Shown here one piece after another: positions 35,911 through 48,567 of a stretch of 52,742 bases of DNA (its first letter is position 1; each line of letters opens with the position of its first letter). The notes under the pieces are model-generated. The model saw only the letters and a program-made list of their open reading frames with translations. It was not told where the DNA came from and made no database searches. This stretch comes from Octopus bimaculoides (taxonomy: Eukaryota). The stretch lies in the NCBI RefSeq assembly GCF_001194135.2, contig NC_068986.1:691016-743757 (forward strand), written 5' to 3'. Position numbers and translations under genes: made by a program.

Positions 35911-37389
35911 GATGAAGAGATGTTACATTTTCAATACTGACATTAACTTTTCCTCCAATAATTATGTGGATACTTCATCTTGGTTATCAGGTTTGAAACT
36001 TCATAAAATGCCAAAGTGCATTTATTTCTATTTAAAAATTTATTTTTTTTTTAAGCAGAACATAAATCAATCTTATTTACAAAAAATCCTATTGGTTTAT
36101 TTAAGTATTTAGGATGTTGGTTATCCAAAAATTATTTTAGTTTTGATAATCACATGACATCATTTGATAATTCGGTATTGTAAATAAATGCTCATTACTA
36201 CTAGTGCCATTGAAACCAAACTTCAAATGTATGTCACAATATGTACTGGTTCGAATAGTTTTACTTCAGTTCTTCTCTTCTCTTAATTTTTTATTGTGGT
36301 TGGTTGGACATAAGTCAAACTGCTGTTTTATCACCTTAGCCAGTTTTCTTTATTGAAAATAGAGAAGTACTTCCTGAAAAATATATTAGAAAAAAATCAA
36401 TAAGTAATCTTGATAAATAAATTAGAACAAACAACCTTGATTTGATAATGATAGATCAATAAGCATGTTCGTTTAGGTCAGGCAAATTAAGGGTGCTTCA
36501 CTATTATTTTTGCACTTTCAATAAATGGAAAATATGTGGCCAAATTCCCAATATGCTTTCTGTATTCACAGAATTAGCTCTTACTATTATGTGTTTAAAC
36601 ACACAGTGACCATTGCTGTACCTGCATTACAGGTGTCACCTGACAGCCCACTCTGTAGAATTTTGGGGGTACATTCCACACATAGACTGACTAGTCAACT
36701 GAATAAACTAAATTTTGAACACTTTTCTAGTTCTTAGGACAATTATTTTATGTTTCCTGGCATTCTGTAAATTTTTTTCCTTGGAAGTTGATAACAGTCA
36801 CTGGATCATATGGTTTTGGGAAATGCTGAACTAGGTGAGGTTGCAAAAGGTTGCTGCCGTATTGCTGTTTTCAAATTTTTTAGGCATCATTGTTCAAGTG
36901 ACCCAGCAAGAAAGAGAGCTTGAAAACTCTTGAAGTGGTATAGATCACTCTGGAAATGAGGCTGTTGATTGTCGTGCAAAACACACGCTTGGCAAATTGG
37001 GACAAATATGCTGCTAGAATAACAGGCAAGATAACAAGACCAGATATATTTTTGTCAGATTAAAGAGTACAAGTATGTAACAAAAGGGTTTCAGAAGACA
37101 GTGCCTGGTTAGCATGGGAAACTTTTGACTGAAAGAAGCTGTCATGGAGATTAGAACTAACGCGGTTGCAATTCCTTCCTGGGGTTGGTGAATGATGTGA
37201 TTGCATTGTTTTGTCAGTTTTAAACAGTGGGACTAGTGTGACACAACTGTCATCAGTGTGAAGGTTATTCATTATTGGAACTTCTGGCATTTTCCTTGGT
37301 AGAATATTTGTGGTAGCAGAGCCAAATACTGAATATCCTTGTTATTGCACTAAAATGGCCAATAAAGTAATAAAAAAATAAAGTAAAGT

Positions 37390-37625
37390 TACCTTCTCGA
37401 GTCATACTGACTCATAAGGACTTGTTTCATGGCGTATTTATTCCCCACCTGGACAGAAAGGCAATCCACATCAGGATTGCTCATTTTGGTCAGCTGAGTG
37501 GACTGGAGCAACATGAATGAAGTGTTTTACTCAAGAACACAATACAGCACCTGATCCTCTGGAATTGAAACCACAATCTTACAATCCCGAATCCAATACC
37601 CTAACCACTAAGCCATGTGCCTCCA
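37390..37625 (-). mobile_element. tRNA-derived SINE, family C-like head
   Basis: cagctgagtggactggagcaac..gtgttttactcaagaacacaa..ccctaaccactaagccatgtgcc. Confidence 0.75.
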
Positions 37626-39039
37626 CAACTCAAATGGCAATGCAGTTGTATAATTCAATGAGAATTAACACCAAGTTATATCATGTTGTTTTCTACAAGG
37701 CATGGAAGGGCAAACCTTGAATAGTGCTAATGACTGGAAAGTACAGGTGGATTTGGGGGAAAGTGCTCGTGTTCACAAGCTATATTGCAATAACAAGGTT
37801 GTGTCCCAACTTTATAGTATAACATGACTTGACAGAAATTTCCTGAGTGAGCAGGTATAGTTGAGGTGTGCACATGAAAGGAAATGCCTAAGATATGAAG
37901 AATAGAGGGAGCTGTGTGAGTCACAGGAATGATAGTTTACAGTACTGCCAATGGAAGTGTGGTGATAGTGTCTCTAGTTCAAGTGACGACAGTGTCCTCT
38001 TGGTCTAGAGGAAGTGCAGGGAGTCAGTATCAGTGAAATAAAGCAATCTTTGGGTTGTTTGCAGCCATCCTTGGTTTGGAGATGCACGGTTTGGACTGCA
38101 TGGTTAAAAGGAAGGTACAGATCATGCTACAATTTGGACCAAACGTACCGGGACATTCCTTTGTAGCATCAATGCTGCTTGGGCACTACTGGAGGAAGTG
38201 ATCCTGCCAGAATTGCCAAAATCATTGTGAACTCAAATCAACATGTGAAGATAATGCCATGCAGTGCCAATTGTGTGTAAAATATATGATAAATAAAACA
38301 AAACTATTGTTGTTAATTACAAGATGTCATAATAGGTAACAAAACTCATAGAGCTGTTCCTTTTCGCATTACATTGCTCATACTGTCTAGAAGGGCATCA
38401 ACAGCACAGCATCCCATTTCTCAACTCTGAGAATCCCACAGTCTAGGTAAAAATAAAAATTATTATTTTTTAAAGTTATTTTAATGAGAGATTCGCTTTC
38501 ATATTTTGTCCTCTAGGAGGAAAGAAAAGAAAAGTGCAGATTTCTTTTTACAAAAGTATACAGTGTACATTAGCTATATTGGTATTATAATTAGATTATG
38601 GTATTGAAGCAAAATAGCAAGAACCAACAAGTTTCATTTTGGTTTATGATAAATTCCTCTTTATTTAAAAGCATGAAATATTGATATTTCTAAAGTGAAA
38701 CATTTGACCCATATATTGTTTTTGTTTTTAAATACATGCCAAAAACAAACTCTGCCACCACCAAAAATGACTTGCACAATTACAAAATATTGGCTGTTTT
38801 TGTTGTTGCTGTTTGGGCTAGACAGTAAAGGAGAATGACAAGTGGCAAGGCACAGTGTGAACTCCTGTTCAATACATACTACTATGCAAAAGGAAGGGTG
38901 CAAAATGTTGATAACATACATACCTTCCTGTACACACACACACACACATAAAATGTCACAACAGTTCAATAACCCACCTACTGGATCTAGTGAGCATATG
39001 TATCTTAATACCAACAAAGGAGATGTAAGCCACGATGAA

Positions 39040-39520
39040 AAGCACCAATTACAGCCAAATTGTAATTGTAGAAATGTTTATGATATAAGTAACATAGTAA
39101 CAACGTTGGAAAATGAAGTCAGAATTGCTATATATACAAATGAATATGATAAATGCTCATGCAGAGAAAGATCAAAATGCCCATTGATGAACCTCTGTAT
39201 GAGTACAAAACTTCTATATAAATGTACTGTGCACACAAGAAAAGGACCATATGTTTCCATTGGGAAGACAGCTGCTTCATTTAAGAATCATTATCTCAAC
39301 CATGTCGCCAGCTTCAAGAGAATCAGTAAGAGACATTCAATGTCTTTGACTGATTGTGTACGGCGACTGAAGGAAGATTAAATTAAGTACAACCTAACTT
39401 TGTCCATAGTAAGGCATGCAAAACCATCCAATATCATTTCCAAGAGGTGCTGACTCTACTCCAGGTATTTCCTGTTTATTCTGTGGACCAATAAGATCAC
39501 TAATAGAATTGTGGAAAGAC
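39040..39520 (+). pseudogene. Penelope-like element GIY-YIG endonuclease fragment
   Basis: CSCRERSKCPLMNLC..LYKCTV..SIGKTAASFKNHYLNHVASF..LTDCVRRLKED*IKYNLTLSIVRHAKP matches the CNC..CPL.G.C..Y..V..YIG.T..FK.RY.NH..SF layout of PLE endonucleases. Confidence 0.85.
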
Positions 39521-39545
39521 TCTCAAGATGTGTGTGTGTGTATAT

Positions 39546-39631
39546 CATCATCATCGTTTAACGTCCGCTTTCCATGCTAGCATGGGTTGGACGATTTGAC
39601 TGAGGACTGGTGAAACCGGATGGCAACACCA
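39546..39631 (-). mobile_element. 86-bp 5'-truncated copy of the young RTE tail (family D)
   Basis: Appears identical to the first 86 bp of the non-(CAT)n-extended end of the copy at 52495-52742. Confidence 0.9.
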
Positions 39632-39819
39632 TATGTATATATCTGCAGCTCTTAGTGGTCCAAATCAGAGGTGCAATCTATGTGGGTGTCTTTTCAAAAC
39701 ATTGTCTGGTTTAAAAAGCCACATCAGATGCCATGATGGTTCTAAGGGGTAGGTACAGGAGGTGGTCAAACACTTCATAAGGAGTAGACAACCACCATGT
39801 GTGTGTGTGTGTGTGTATA

Positions 39820-40000
39820 CAGAGTGCGGCAAAATGATTTAACATGTTTGTAGGTTTAATAAAAGCAAAATAGAGGAAAGAACAAAAAATGTGTTTTTAC
39901 TTACGAAATGTATGTATAGTGCCATTTTCTTTCATTTGGTTTTAAGAATTAAATCAGTCAAGTGGGTGCTGCCACTGTCCACAGATAATATGTGGCGATG
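39820..40000 (-). mobile_element. 3' end fragment of a Tc1/mariner element
   Basis: TA-CAGAGTGCGGCAAAATGA terminus; the minus strand reads VDSGSTHLTDLILKTK*, like Tc1/maT C-termini. Confidence 0.5.
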
Positions 40001-40529
40001 AGATAATATGTGTGTGCGCACACACACACACAGGATCAATGTTTTTGCATCCATTTTTTTTTCCTATGTTTGTATCAGTTATATGAGATTTCTTACTTTA
40101 GATATTCTATGGCCAGATGTCCTTCCTGATGGTGCTAACCTTTTGTTATCTTGTTTTCAAGCTAAGTTCTTTTTTTCCATGTTGAATAGCTGAATTGGAG
40201 CCATATTATTCATGGGAGACAAACAATTGTTAACACTGCCAAAACAATCTCAGTGCAGAGAAACAGACACACACACAAACACTTATAATGGTTTTCTACA
40301 GTTTCCATGTATCAAATTTCACTTGTTTTGCCTTGATTGACTGAAGGCTGTTGTAGAAGACACTTGCCTAAGGTACTGTTCATTGAGAGCAAAACTGAGG
40401 CTATGTGATAGCAAACTGAACTTCTTAACCACAAATTTTTATTCATAGATTAGCTTTGTTCTGGTCTGAATAATCTGTCAGAGTCAACTTGGTATCACAA
40501 GGGAAATGGTTAAGTGATTGTTTCTAACA

Positions 40530-40850
40530 ACACTTGAAATTTGTACGGATATGTCCTCCATCTCATGCTAGACCCTCCTATAAGAGCTTTACTTTTATTT
40601 GATGCTGCAGATGTGGCCTGGAAGAGACCTCATGACAGGCCCCACACCAGATGGCTGGATGTGATTGGGGAAGATCTCCAAAGGCTCAACGTCACCTTGG
40701 AGGATGCAGAGGGGCTGGCATGGGACCACCAGTGATGGAGAGCACTGGTGGACCAAGTCAGCTCTCTGCATGATGGTGTCTCTGGGGCCATTAACTTGGG
40801 ATGACCCCCCCCCCCCATCTCCATCAAGCAAGAGCAACAAGACTTGAAAT
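40530..40850 (+). pseudogene. 3' end of a LINE ORF2 (RTE-like)
   Basis: YGYVLHL..WKRPHDRPHTRWLDVIGEDL..LEDAEGLAWDHQ*WRALV. Confidence 0.8.
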
Positions 40851-41339
40851 CTGGTTGGAGAGGAATAAATAATTAAAGTACTACAGTCCTCTACTGGTAC
40901 TTTATTTTCATTGACCCTGGTACAGTGAAAGGTGAAGTTGATCCTGGGTGGATTCGAATACTGACAAAAAATATTACAAGGGTGTTTTGGTCATTTGCTT
41001 TAATGATGCTATCTTAATCCAATACCCATGCACTGTTAATTGCTTTCATAACTGGATAGCATTTATATTGATAACCATGTCACAGAAATTTGGCTCCATA
41101 TCTCTTGCATTGAATAGAATAATGTGTTGCTGCTGTGGATTTCCATTGTTATTGCATATACAATGACAACTATTGCAGCTAAAAATACTTTGAATTGTTA
41201 CATATACCGTTAATGGCTTGAATATGTTCATAAGAGTTTGCAATACATGTGTTTATAGAATTTGTTTTGTTTAAACCAACTAACTCAGATCATAGTATTG
41301 CATCTTGTCACATGATTAATTTATGATAAACACTTCTTT

Positions 41340-41950
41340 ATATTTTGTTTTCGGTTGATGGCTTTGCCATACATTTTCTGTGTTGGTTTGGGTTGTCTAG
41401 GTCTGCCGCTCATTTTCTATATTGGTTTTGGATTGCTCGGGTCTGCCAGTTTGTATTCGGTGGGTCTATGTTTCCCTGTGTTATATATAATCTTTTGTAT
41501 CTCACTCCCATGTCATTATATTCACAAGACCAGACTGCAGCTCAAAGCTAACTATTTCTCAAATATTTCTTTCTCCTTTTTCTTTTGTTAGCTGTACCTT
41601 TCTTTGATTGTCACTACACAGCACCTCCTTACCAATAATCCTCATCCATATTTGCTTAATGCCTGTATCAATGTGATTAGATCTCTCATATATGTGTGTG
41701 TGTTGGCCAGTATTCTGTCATATCTAATTGCTTTTTCACTTCATTTGTACTCATCCTTCCACAAATAGTCGTCCTACTCCTATAAATTGTAAAGAATATT
41801 TTTTTGCTGTCAACACAATTTTCTGTCTCATAACAGCATTAATTGTTCGTATCACACTGTTGTATCCCATGCTTCACTTTCTACTCACACCTCATATAAT
41901 CCGCCTTTTACTCAGAGAACAGTAACCATTTTATGACACATGCTCTTTCT
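41340..41950 (-). pseudogene. Highly decayed LINE ORF1-like fragment
   Basis: The minus frame ..LIQALSKYG*GIIGKE.. resembles the L1/Tx1 ORF1 RRM; weak. Confidence 0.3.
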
Positions 41951-42155
41951 GCAAAACCAATACATCCATTCTTTCTTCCTCAGAAATTCTCTCTCTGTCT
42001 GTGTTTTTCCCAGCAGTTGTCAACCTACCACTGTTCAATATTAATTATGTCACACCTTCCGGTCTTGGAGGACCTGTTAATGTCAGGCACCCAGCTCCTT
42101 CCCCCAGAGCAATCCAATAATAATAATAATAATAATAATGAAATTTTGGCATACA

Positions 42156-42557
42156 GGCACAGAAGTGGCTGTGTGGTAAGTAGCTTGCTTACCAACCACA
42201 TGGTTCTGGGTTCAGTCCCACTGCATGGCACCTTGGGCAAGTGTCTTCTATTATAGCCTCGGGCCGACCAAAGCCTTGTGAGTGGATTTAGTAGACAGAA
42301 ACTGAAAGAAGCCTGTCGTATATATGTATATGTATATATATATGTGTGTTTGTGTGTCTGTTTCTTCCCCCAACATTGCTTGACAACTGATGCTGGTGTG
42401 TTTACATCCCGTAACTTAGCGGTTCAGCAAAAGAGACCGATAGAATAAGTACCAGGCTTACAAAAGAATAAGTCCTGGGGTTGATTTGCTCGAATAAAGG
42501 TGGTGCTCCAGCATGGCTGCAGTCAAATGACTGAAACAAGTAAAAGAGTAAAAGAGA
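42156..42557 (+). mobile_element. Full-length tRNA-derived SINE (family B) with CORE-like block
   Basis: A-box tggctgtgtggt, B-box gggttcagtccc, ggcaccttgggcaagtgtctt core, internal (TA/TG)n, and a (gtaaaaga)n tail. Confidence 0.9.
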
Positions 42558-42564
42558 GTATACA

Positions 42565-42715
42565 GCCAGCAATTTTGGGGTAGAGAGCTAGTCAGTTATA
42601 TCGACCCCAGTGCATAACTGGTACTTATTTCATCAACTCCAAATGAGAAGAAAAGCAAAGTTGACCTCAGTGGGATTTGAACTCAGAACATATAGATGGA
42701 TGAAATGCTGCTCAT
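42565..42715 (-). mobile_element. SINE family A copy
   Basis: cgaccccagtgc..ctggtacttatttt..gcaaagttgacctc..gatttgaactcagaac. Confidence 0.75.
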
Positions 42716-43035
42716 AATGATGATGATGATAATCATGAGAATCCCTGGTTTACCATCCATGCAAGAAATGCAAAAGATTGTTTTAGCTGCTATTTCACAC
42801 GTATTGATAAGAGAATTGTTGCTGTGAATTTTTTCTTCTTCTTTTCTTTTGCCTTCTTTTTTCCCATTTTCATTTTCTTTTTCTTTTATTCCATTGCAAC
42901 TTTGTAAATGAACAATCTGGTGTATTTATTTTAATGGCCTACCAATATATAATACAGTGAGTTTCTTTGTCCTAGGTGTCAGGAAGACACTTGGCAAGAA
43001 ACGGAAACAAAATTCAAAAAGCTAATAATAAAAAT

Positions 43036-43071
<36 letters not shown>

Positions 43072-44824
43072 CACAATATGAAAACAGTTATATCTCTGCC
43101 AGGCAGTTGTCCCACCAGAAATATAACATTAATGATTTCAACCTCAAAAATTCTAGCAGTTCTTACAATCTTGTTTTATTTTGTTGTAGATTTATTTCAG
43201 CCCAGTCCACTACTATAATTCCTACTGGTTACCTTTAGCAGAGTTCACTCTGTTGTATATATTCAGATCAGGTCTCCAGCCTTAACTCATTATCTTGATG
43301 TATTATTTCTCACTGCAGCAAAAACGAATCAGATTCTATTTCCAGAAGACTCTGGACAAAGACCATGAGTGATGCCCTTCCATAGTAAAAACTTTGAAAA
43401 TCATCTTCTAATTCCTTATCTTGTACTCTCAACGTGATCTCCTCTACATATAATTGTACTCCTCAGTTATTTCCCTATGTCTTGTACACTCAAGTTGATG
43501 TCCTCTATATACCCCGTACTCTCAAGCTGATCTGGTATCCTAGCATTGAGGATGGCACTGTCTCGCACAATCTCCTTAACTAAAGGGGAGATAAATATAA
43601 CAAAAGTTCATTCTGAATCTTTCAGTTTGTTAACAATTCTTGGAGACCCTGCACCTTTCTTTCTTTTAACTTGTTTCCTGCTGTTTTATTCTTTATTTTT
43701 GTATGAACATCTACAGCTGGCTCTGAGCATTTGACTGAGGGTAGGCACTTTCTGCCCTGATCAGGATGAAGATGGTGATGAATCACTGGTTCTAACAATT
43801 CCATACTTCTTCCTTTTCACTATCACTAAGGAGAAAAAATATCTGTGTCATTTTGGAAAGCACACTCCAAAATCAAGACATGGTTTGATTATTCAGAATG
43901 CACAGCTATTTTCTTTTAGAGTTTTCCACTGCTTTAATATCTTCCCTATACTCTTCATTCTCTTCAGTATTTGGACACATCCTATATATCATAAGATGGA
44001 TTATCTGAGAAGTTTAAGGGTTCTGGTAAGAAAGCATGATGACAAGTTTACTAATGTTTATTCCTGATACTTCCTTTCATGCTGACTCCCATAAATTGAA
44101 ACAAACCCGGTTGTGTTTTGCATATTTATTATTGCTGGGGTTTTAAAGCTGTATGGTTCCTAATTGTCCCCTGCTGCTGTAGTGTTTAGTATAGTACCAA
44201 CATTAGACAAGATGGTTTCCTTCACTCAGAGTTTTACAGAATAACCATGATTAACAGCAAGAACAGATGGTTAATGATAACTTTTCTAAATTCCTAGAGA
44301 TAGTGTCCATAGACTATAAACAAAATTATCATATATCAGTGGTTGCTAACATATGGTCCATGATATATTTCTGATAGAGTTGCAAAAACAAAAATCCATT
44401 TTTACTAGCTCAGTCTCAAGAAAAGGGCCAGTGCCCTTAACCATCACAGGTCTTCTTACCATGGAGATTAATGTTCCTATTGAACTTTTGCAACTCAACC
44501 TCTCCAAGGCAGTCATGACCCATGGCAGGAATTTCAGAAGGATGAAGTTTTAGGGAGGAAGGGAAGAAGGACTGTGGTTAGGGAGTAGTGTGGGGCCCTG
44601 TGGGGTTGGACATAACAAGGGTGATAGGGGGAGGAGGAGGTTGCAGAGGGTTATTGATTTTCCAAGATCGGACTTGAGTGTAAAATACTGGGGTCTGTTG
44701 TATGTGTTGTAGCTGATGGCAGAGAATCAAAGTTTTGTACTTTTAAGATTTCCCCCACTGCTCATCCACAGTTTCTCTTATGGAGGAAGAATAGGAAAGC
44801 TGGAGGAAACTTTATCTTACTTCG

Positions 44825-45965
44825 GCTTTTGCCTGTCCTACATGTCACACGTGACACACAGGACTTACTACCTTGGCATCCATAGATCATACATGATACA
44901 TGTTCCTAGTTTGTTTTTTGACTACCATTGGGTAACATGGGGCTTATGAAAGAAAAGCTTCATACTATTCAGAGCGTATGGAACAAAGGCTAACTAAAAA
45001 GTCTGTAAAAGTACATGGCCATTGAGAACAAACTTATGAGAATGCTTTGGATAAGCAAAGAGTTAATTTGCAAGACACAAAGCATTTTACACACATGCAT
45101 ACAAAGAATGTTGATAATATATCATAATGTTATTTGTTATACTTGTTTTAAAATGTCATCTTTGACAAGGATTCAAAGATGTGTGAAGAATATTGACTTT
45201 TTCAGTAATATATATTGTAACTAATTATTTCTACTTTGCTGCTGGGTAATCTTTAGAAAGACATTTTATAGATAAAACTTTTCCTCTGAGATCTGTAAAT
45301 GGTCTTTACTTCTGTTTAATTATAACCACCAATGTTTTTTTTTTTTTATATATCACTGTTTATTTTATATCCCAACTGAAGGCATGTAGCTTAGTGGTTA
45401 AGCTGTTTATCTTATGACCATAAGTTTGTGGCTTTGATTTCTTGGTTGAGCAATGCATTGTGCACTTGAATAAGGCATTTTGTTTCATGTTGCTGCAGTC
45501 TGCTCAGCTAAATATTCATACCAGTTGACTTCTGGTGTAGCCTTCTCTTACTCCTCTTGCTGTCAGATCCTTGTTGTGCCACTGGGTCTCATGAAGCATC
45601 ATTCTGCCCTGTGTGCTAACAATTTTTGTCTTTTCATCTATATTTCCTCTAGAATTTTCTTTCGATCATTTTAGGCTTCTTTTCCTATTATCATTAACTT
45701 ATCTACAAGTAAAATACACGTCACTGAGATTTCATCATTTACCCTTTACCTGTCCAAAGCATTTTCATAAGTTTGTCCTAAATCTCCATGCTTGTTTTCA
45801 AGTTTGTTTCGTACATTCTGAATAAAATAAAGCTTTCCTCTCATAAGTCCCATGACTCCTGGTGCTTGAAGTAAAATTAGGAATGTGTATTTATATATTA
45901 TGATGCATGGGCAATTGGGGATTATGTCTTGTGTGTTACATATGACACACAGGACAGGCAAAGGG
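44825..45965. mobile_element. Possible non-autonomous piggyBac-like element with a nested SINE at about 45380-45600
   Basis: The right end acatatgacacacaggacaggcaaaGGG|TTAA is the reverse complement of 44825-44852 at 21/28 positions; the left TTAA is not preserved. Confidence 0.45.
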
Positions 45966-46156
45966 TTAAGTCTCTCAGCTTCTCTATACCCTCACAACCC
46001 TCTCTCTTTCATTCCATCAAAAAATTCCTAATTACTTGTTTCTTCTTAACTTCCTCTGTCTCCTGTAAATTCAAAGTCTACAACCGATGATTAATTTTCA
46101 TCTCTTGCTTGATATTGTCAATCTTTTTCTCTTTTTCATCTTCCAATGCTCTACAG

Positions 46157-46479
46157 GATTTTACTTTATATCACTTTGCACTTACTAACAACCACCTTTA
46201 AAATCTTGTTCCAGATCAACTACAAATAAATGTTGTGAACAGTTCAAATCCATCTCAATGCAGTTAGCATGCAAGAATCTATTCAAAAATATTTTTTAAA
46301 TTCGAATCTATAAATTGCTAAGAATTAATAAGAATGGCTGCTTAATCTAAAACAATTTAGTATTTGTGTGATAAAGAGGATTTTGGGCTTAATCTCTTCC
46401 AATAAAATTAATCTATTAAATATATAAACCAGTACTCCAGCAGCTTAAGATTATATTGAATGAAAAGACTAGTTGAAAT
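46157..46479 (+). other. Candidate exon (mostly UTR) with ATG at 46460 encoding MKRLVE(I/M), phase 2
   Basis: Strong acceptor tttttctctttttcatcttccaatgctctacag| and consensus donor AAT|GTAAGT. Confidence 0.3.
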
Positions 46480-46544
46480 GTAAGTCTGGGTTATTCTGTG
46501 GAGAAAAAATTTAAATTTAAGAATTATTTTATTTTGTGGTCTTA

Positions 46545-47456
46545 AATAATAACAATAAACCTTTCTACTATTGGCACAAGGCCTGAAATTTTGGGGGATG
46601 GGGATAGCTGATTACATCGACTCCATTACTCAAATGGTACTTTTTTCATCAACCCTGAAAGGATAAAAAGCAAAATTGACCTCAGCAGAATATGAACTCA
46701 GAGCATAGCAATGCCACTTAGCATTTCAATCACTGTGCTAACAATTCTGCCAGCTCACCATATTGATGATAATAATAATAATAATAATAATTCTTTCTAA
46801 TTTTGGAACAAGGCCAGCAGTTTTAGAGAGGAGGATTAGTTGATGCCATTGACACTAGTACTTGACTGAGTTTTTATTTTATCGATCCTGAAAGAATGAA
46901 ATGCCAAATTGACCTCAGTGGGATTTGAACTCAGAACATACAGAGCTAGAAGAAATATGGCAAGGCATCTTGTCAAACATTTTAACAGTTCTGCTAATCC
47001 ACCTAATAATAATAATAATAATCCTTTTTGCTACAGGCACAAGGCCTGAAATTTTGGGGGAGGGGGTAAGTCGATTACATCGACTCCAGTACTCAGCTGG
47101 TCCTTAATTTACTGACCTTGAAAGGATGAAAAGCCAAGTCAACTTCAGCAGAATTTGAAATCAGAACGTAATGATCAGCGAAATACCACTAGGCATTTTG
47201 TCTAGCATGCTAACAATTCTGCCAGCTCGCTGCCTTAATAATAATAATGATTTCAAATTTTGGCACAAGGCCAGCTATTTCAGGGGAGTGGGTTAATCAA
47301 TTACATTGACCCCAGTCCTCAACTGATATTTATTTTATCAATCCTGAGATGATGAAAAGCTAAGTTGATCTTGGTGGCATTTGAACATAAAGATAGACGA
47401 AATGCCACTAAGCATTTTGCCTGACGTGCTAACAGTTCTGCCAGCTCACTGCCTTG
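46545..47456 (-). mobile_element. Array of four head-to-tail SINE family A copies separated by (AAT)n
   Basis: Copies at about 46561-46760, 46791-47004, 47023-47236 and 47249-47456, each gg(c/a)acaaggcc..gaaa..ttgacct..ga(a)ctcagaac..ttctgc. Confidence 0.92.
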
Positions 47457-48409
47457 ATACTGTTACAAATATTGGCTCATAATATGGTGGGTTAAAAACA
47501 CCATGGGTAGCAAAAAAGGTGTAAGGCTATCCATGAGACTCAAATCTCACATCCTCTGTATTTATGATAACTGTGCTAACCTTGTACATCAAAACTATAA
47601 TATTGACAGTAACAGAACAAAACGATATGGTATACTGTGCTTGTTCATTTTAAAATAAACTACTTGATAGGTACATATTCTCATTGACTGGGGTTCTTCT
47701 CCTTTAATGTTTAACGTTGCTAATATCACATATTTCAAATCATTTTTCTGATAGCTAATCATATATTAAACACTTTGGTATTCTTTATATGTATGTAACA
47801 AGTCACAAGCTTTTTTATGTGGTTAGTTATATGACTTGTTAGAAATAGTGGCCAAATCTCCCTCAAATAATATTTTTCAATATCTTCCACTCCAGCTGTG
47901 AATTTCTTGTCATTTTGTATAACTATGGCTAATGTGTCCTTTCTGTTTTTAAGGCATTAGAAGTGTGAGCTGATGAGATTTAGTAGCTAACTCTAGCCAG
48001 TCAAGCAACAATGTAACGGTTCTCTTGTTAACTCTGTTGTAAGGAGTGTAGTGATAGACTTAGCGTACCATTTAGCATATGTAGTTGTACAAATATAATT
48101 TTACTGAAGTAAAAGTGTAGCATAGCAATAATATATCTGTGTCATAGGTGACTAATTCCTTTCATTGCACGTACATAATGTGCCTTTGTACGAAACCCAT
48201 TTTAGAAACGTTTTTTTTTTTAGTCGCTTAGTCATGTCTGGAAGGGAAAGGCCCACGAGCTTTCTTCTGGCAAGTGAAAGAGAGGAAGCTATTTTCAGAC
48301 TGGAGACTTGACCCCCAAATAATTGGAACAAGGCATACTTCTTTAAAGGACATTCAAGGTTCAGATGATGGTGTTAAACTGGTCAAAGGATTATATCTTC
48401 CATCCAAGA

Positions 48410-48567
48410 ACAGGAATGATCCATTCCTCCAACAGACTTCCACCAAATTTCTCCCTATGAGGTTGTGGTAGAAGACACTTGTGCAAAGTACTATGGTGCC
48501 ATGCAGTAGGATTGAAGCTGGCACCAAGCTGTAGCAAAGTGAACTTCTTAACTATACAGCCACGCCT
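48410..48567 (-). mobile_element. Diverged SINE family B head
   Basis: gtagaagacacttg..ggtgccatgcagtaggattgaa..aacttcttaactatacagccacgcc. Confidence 0.7.

Noticed and set aside
36788-36834. HECT-like IIWFWEML peptide before a GTGAGG donor
   Set aside because: An in-frame TAG precedes the donor and the flanks do not resemble a HECT domain.
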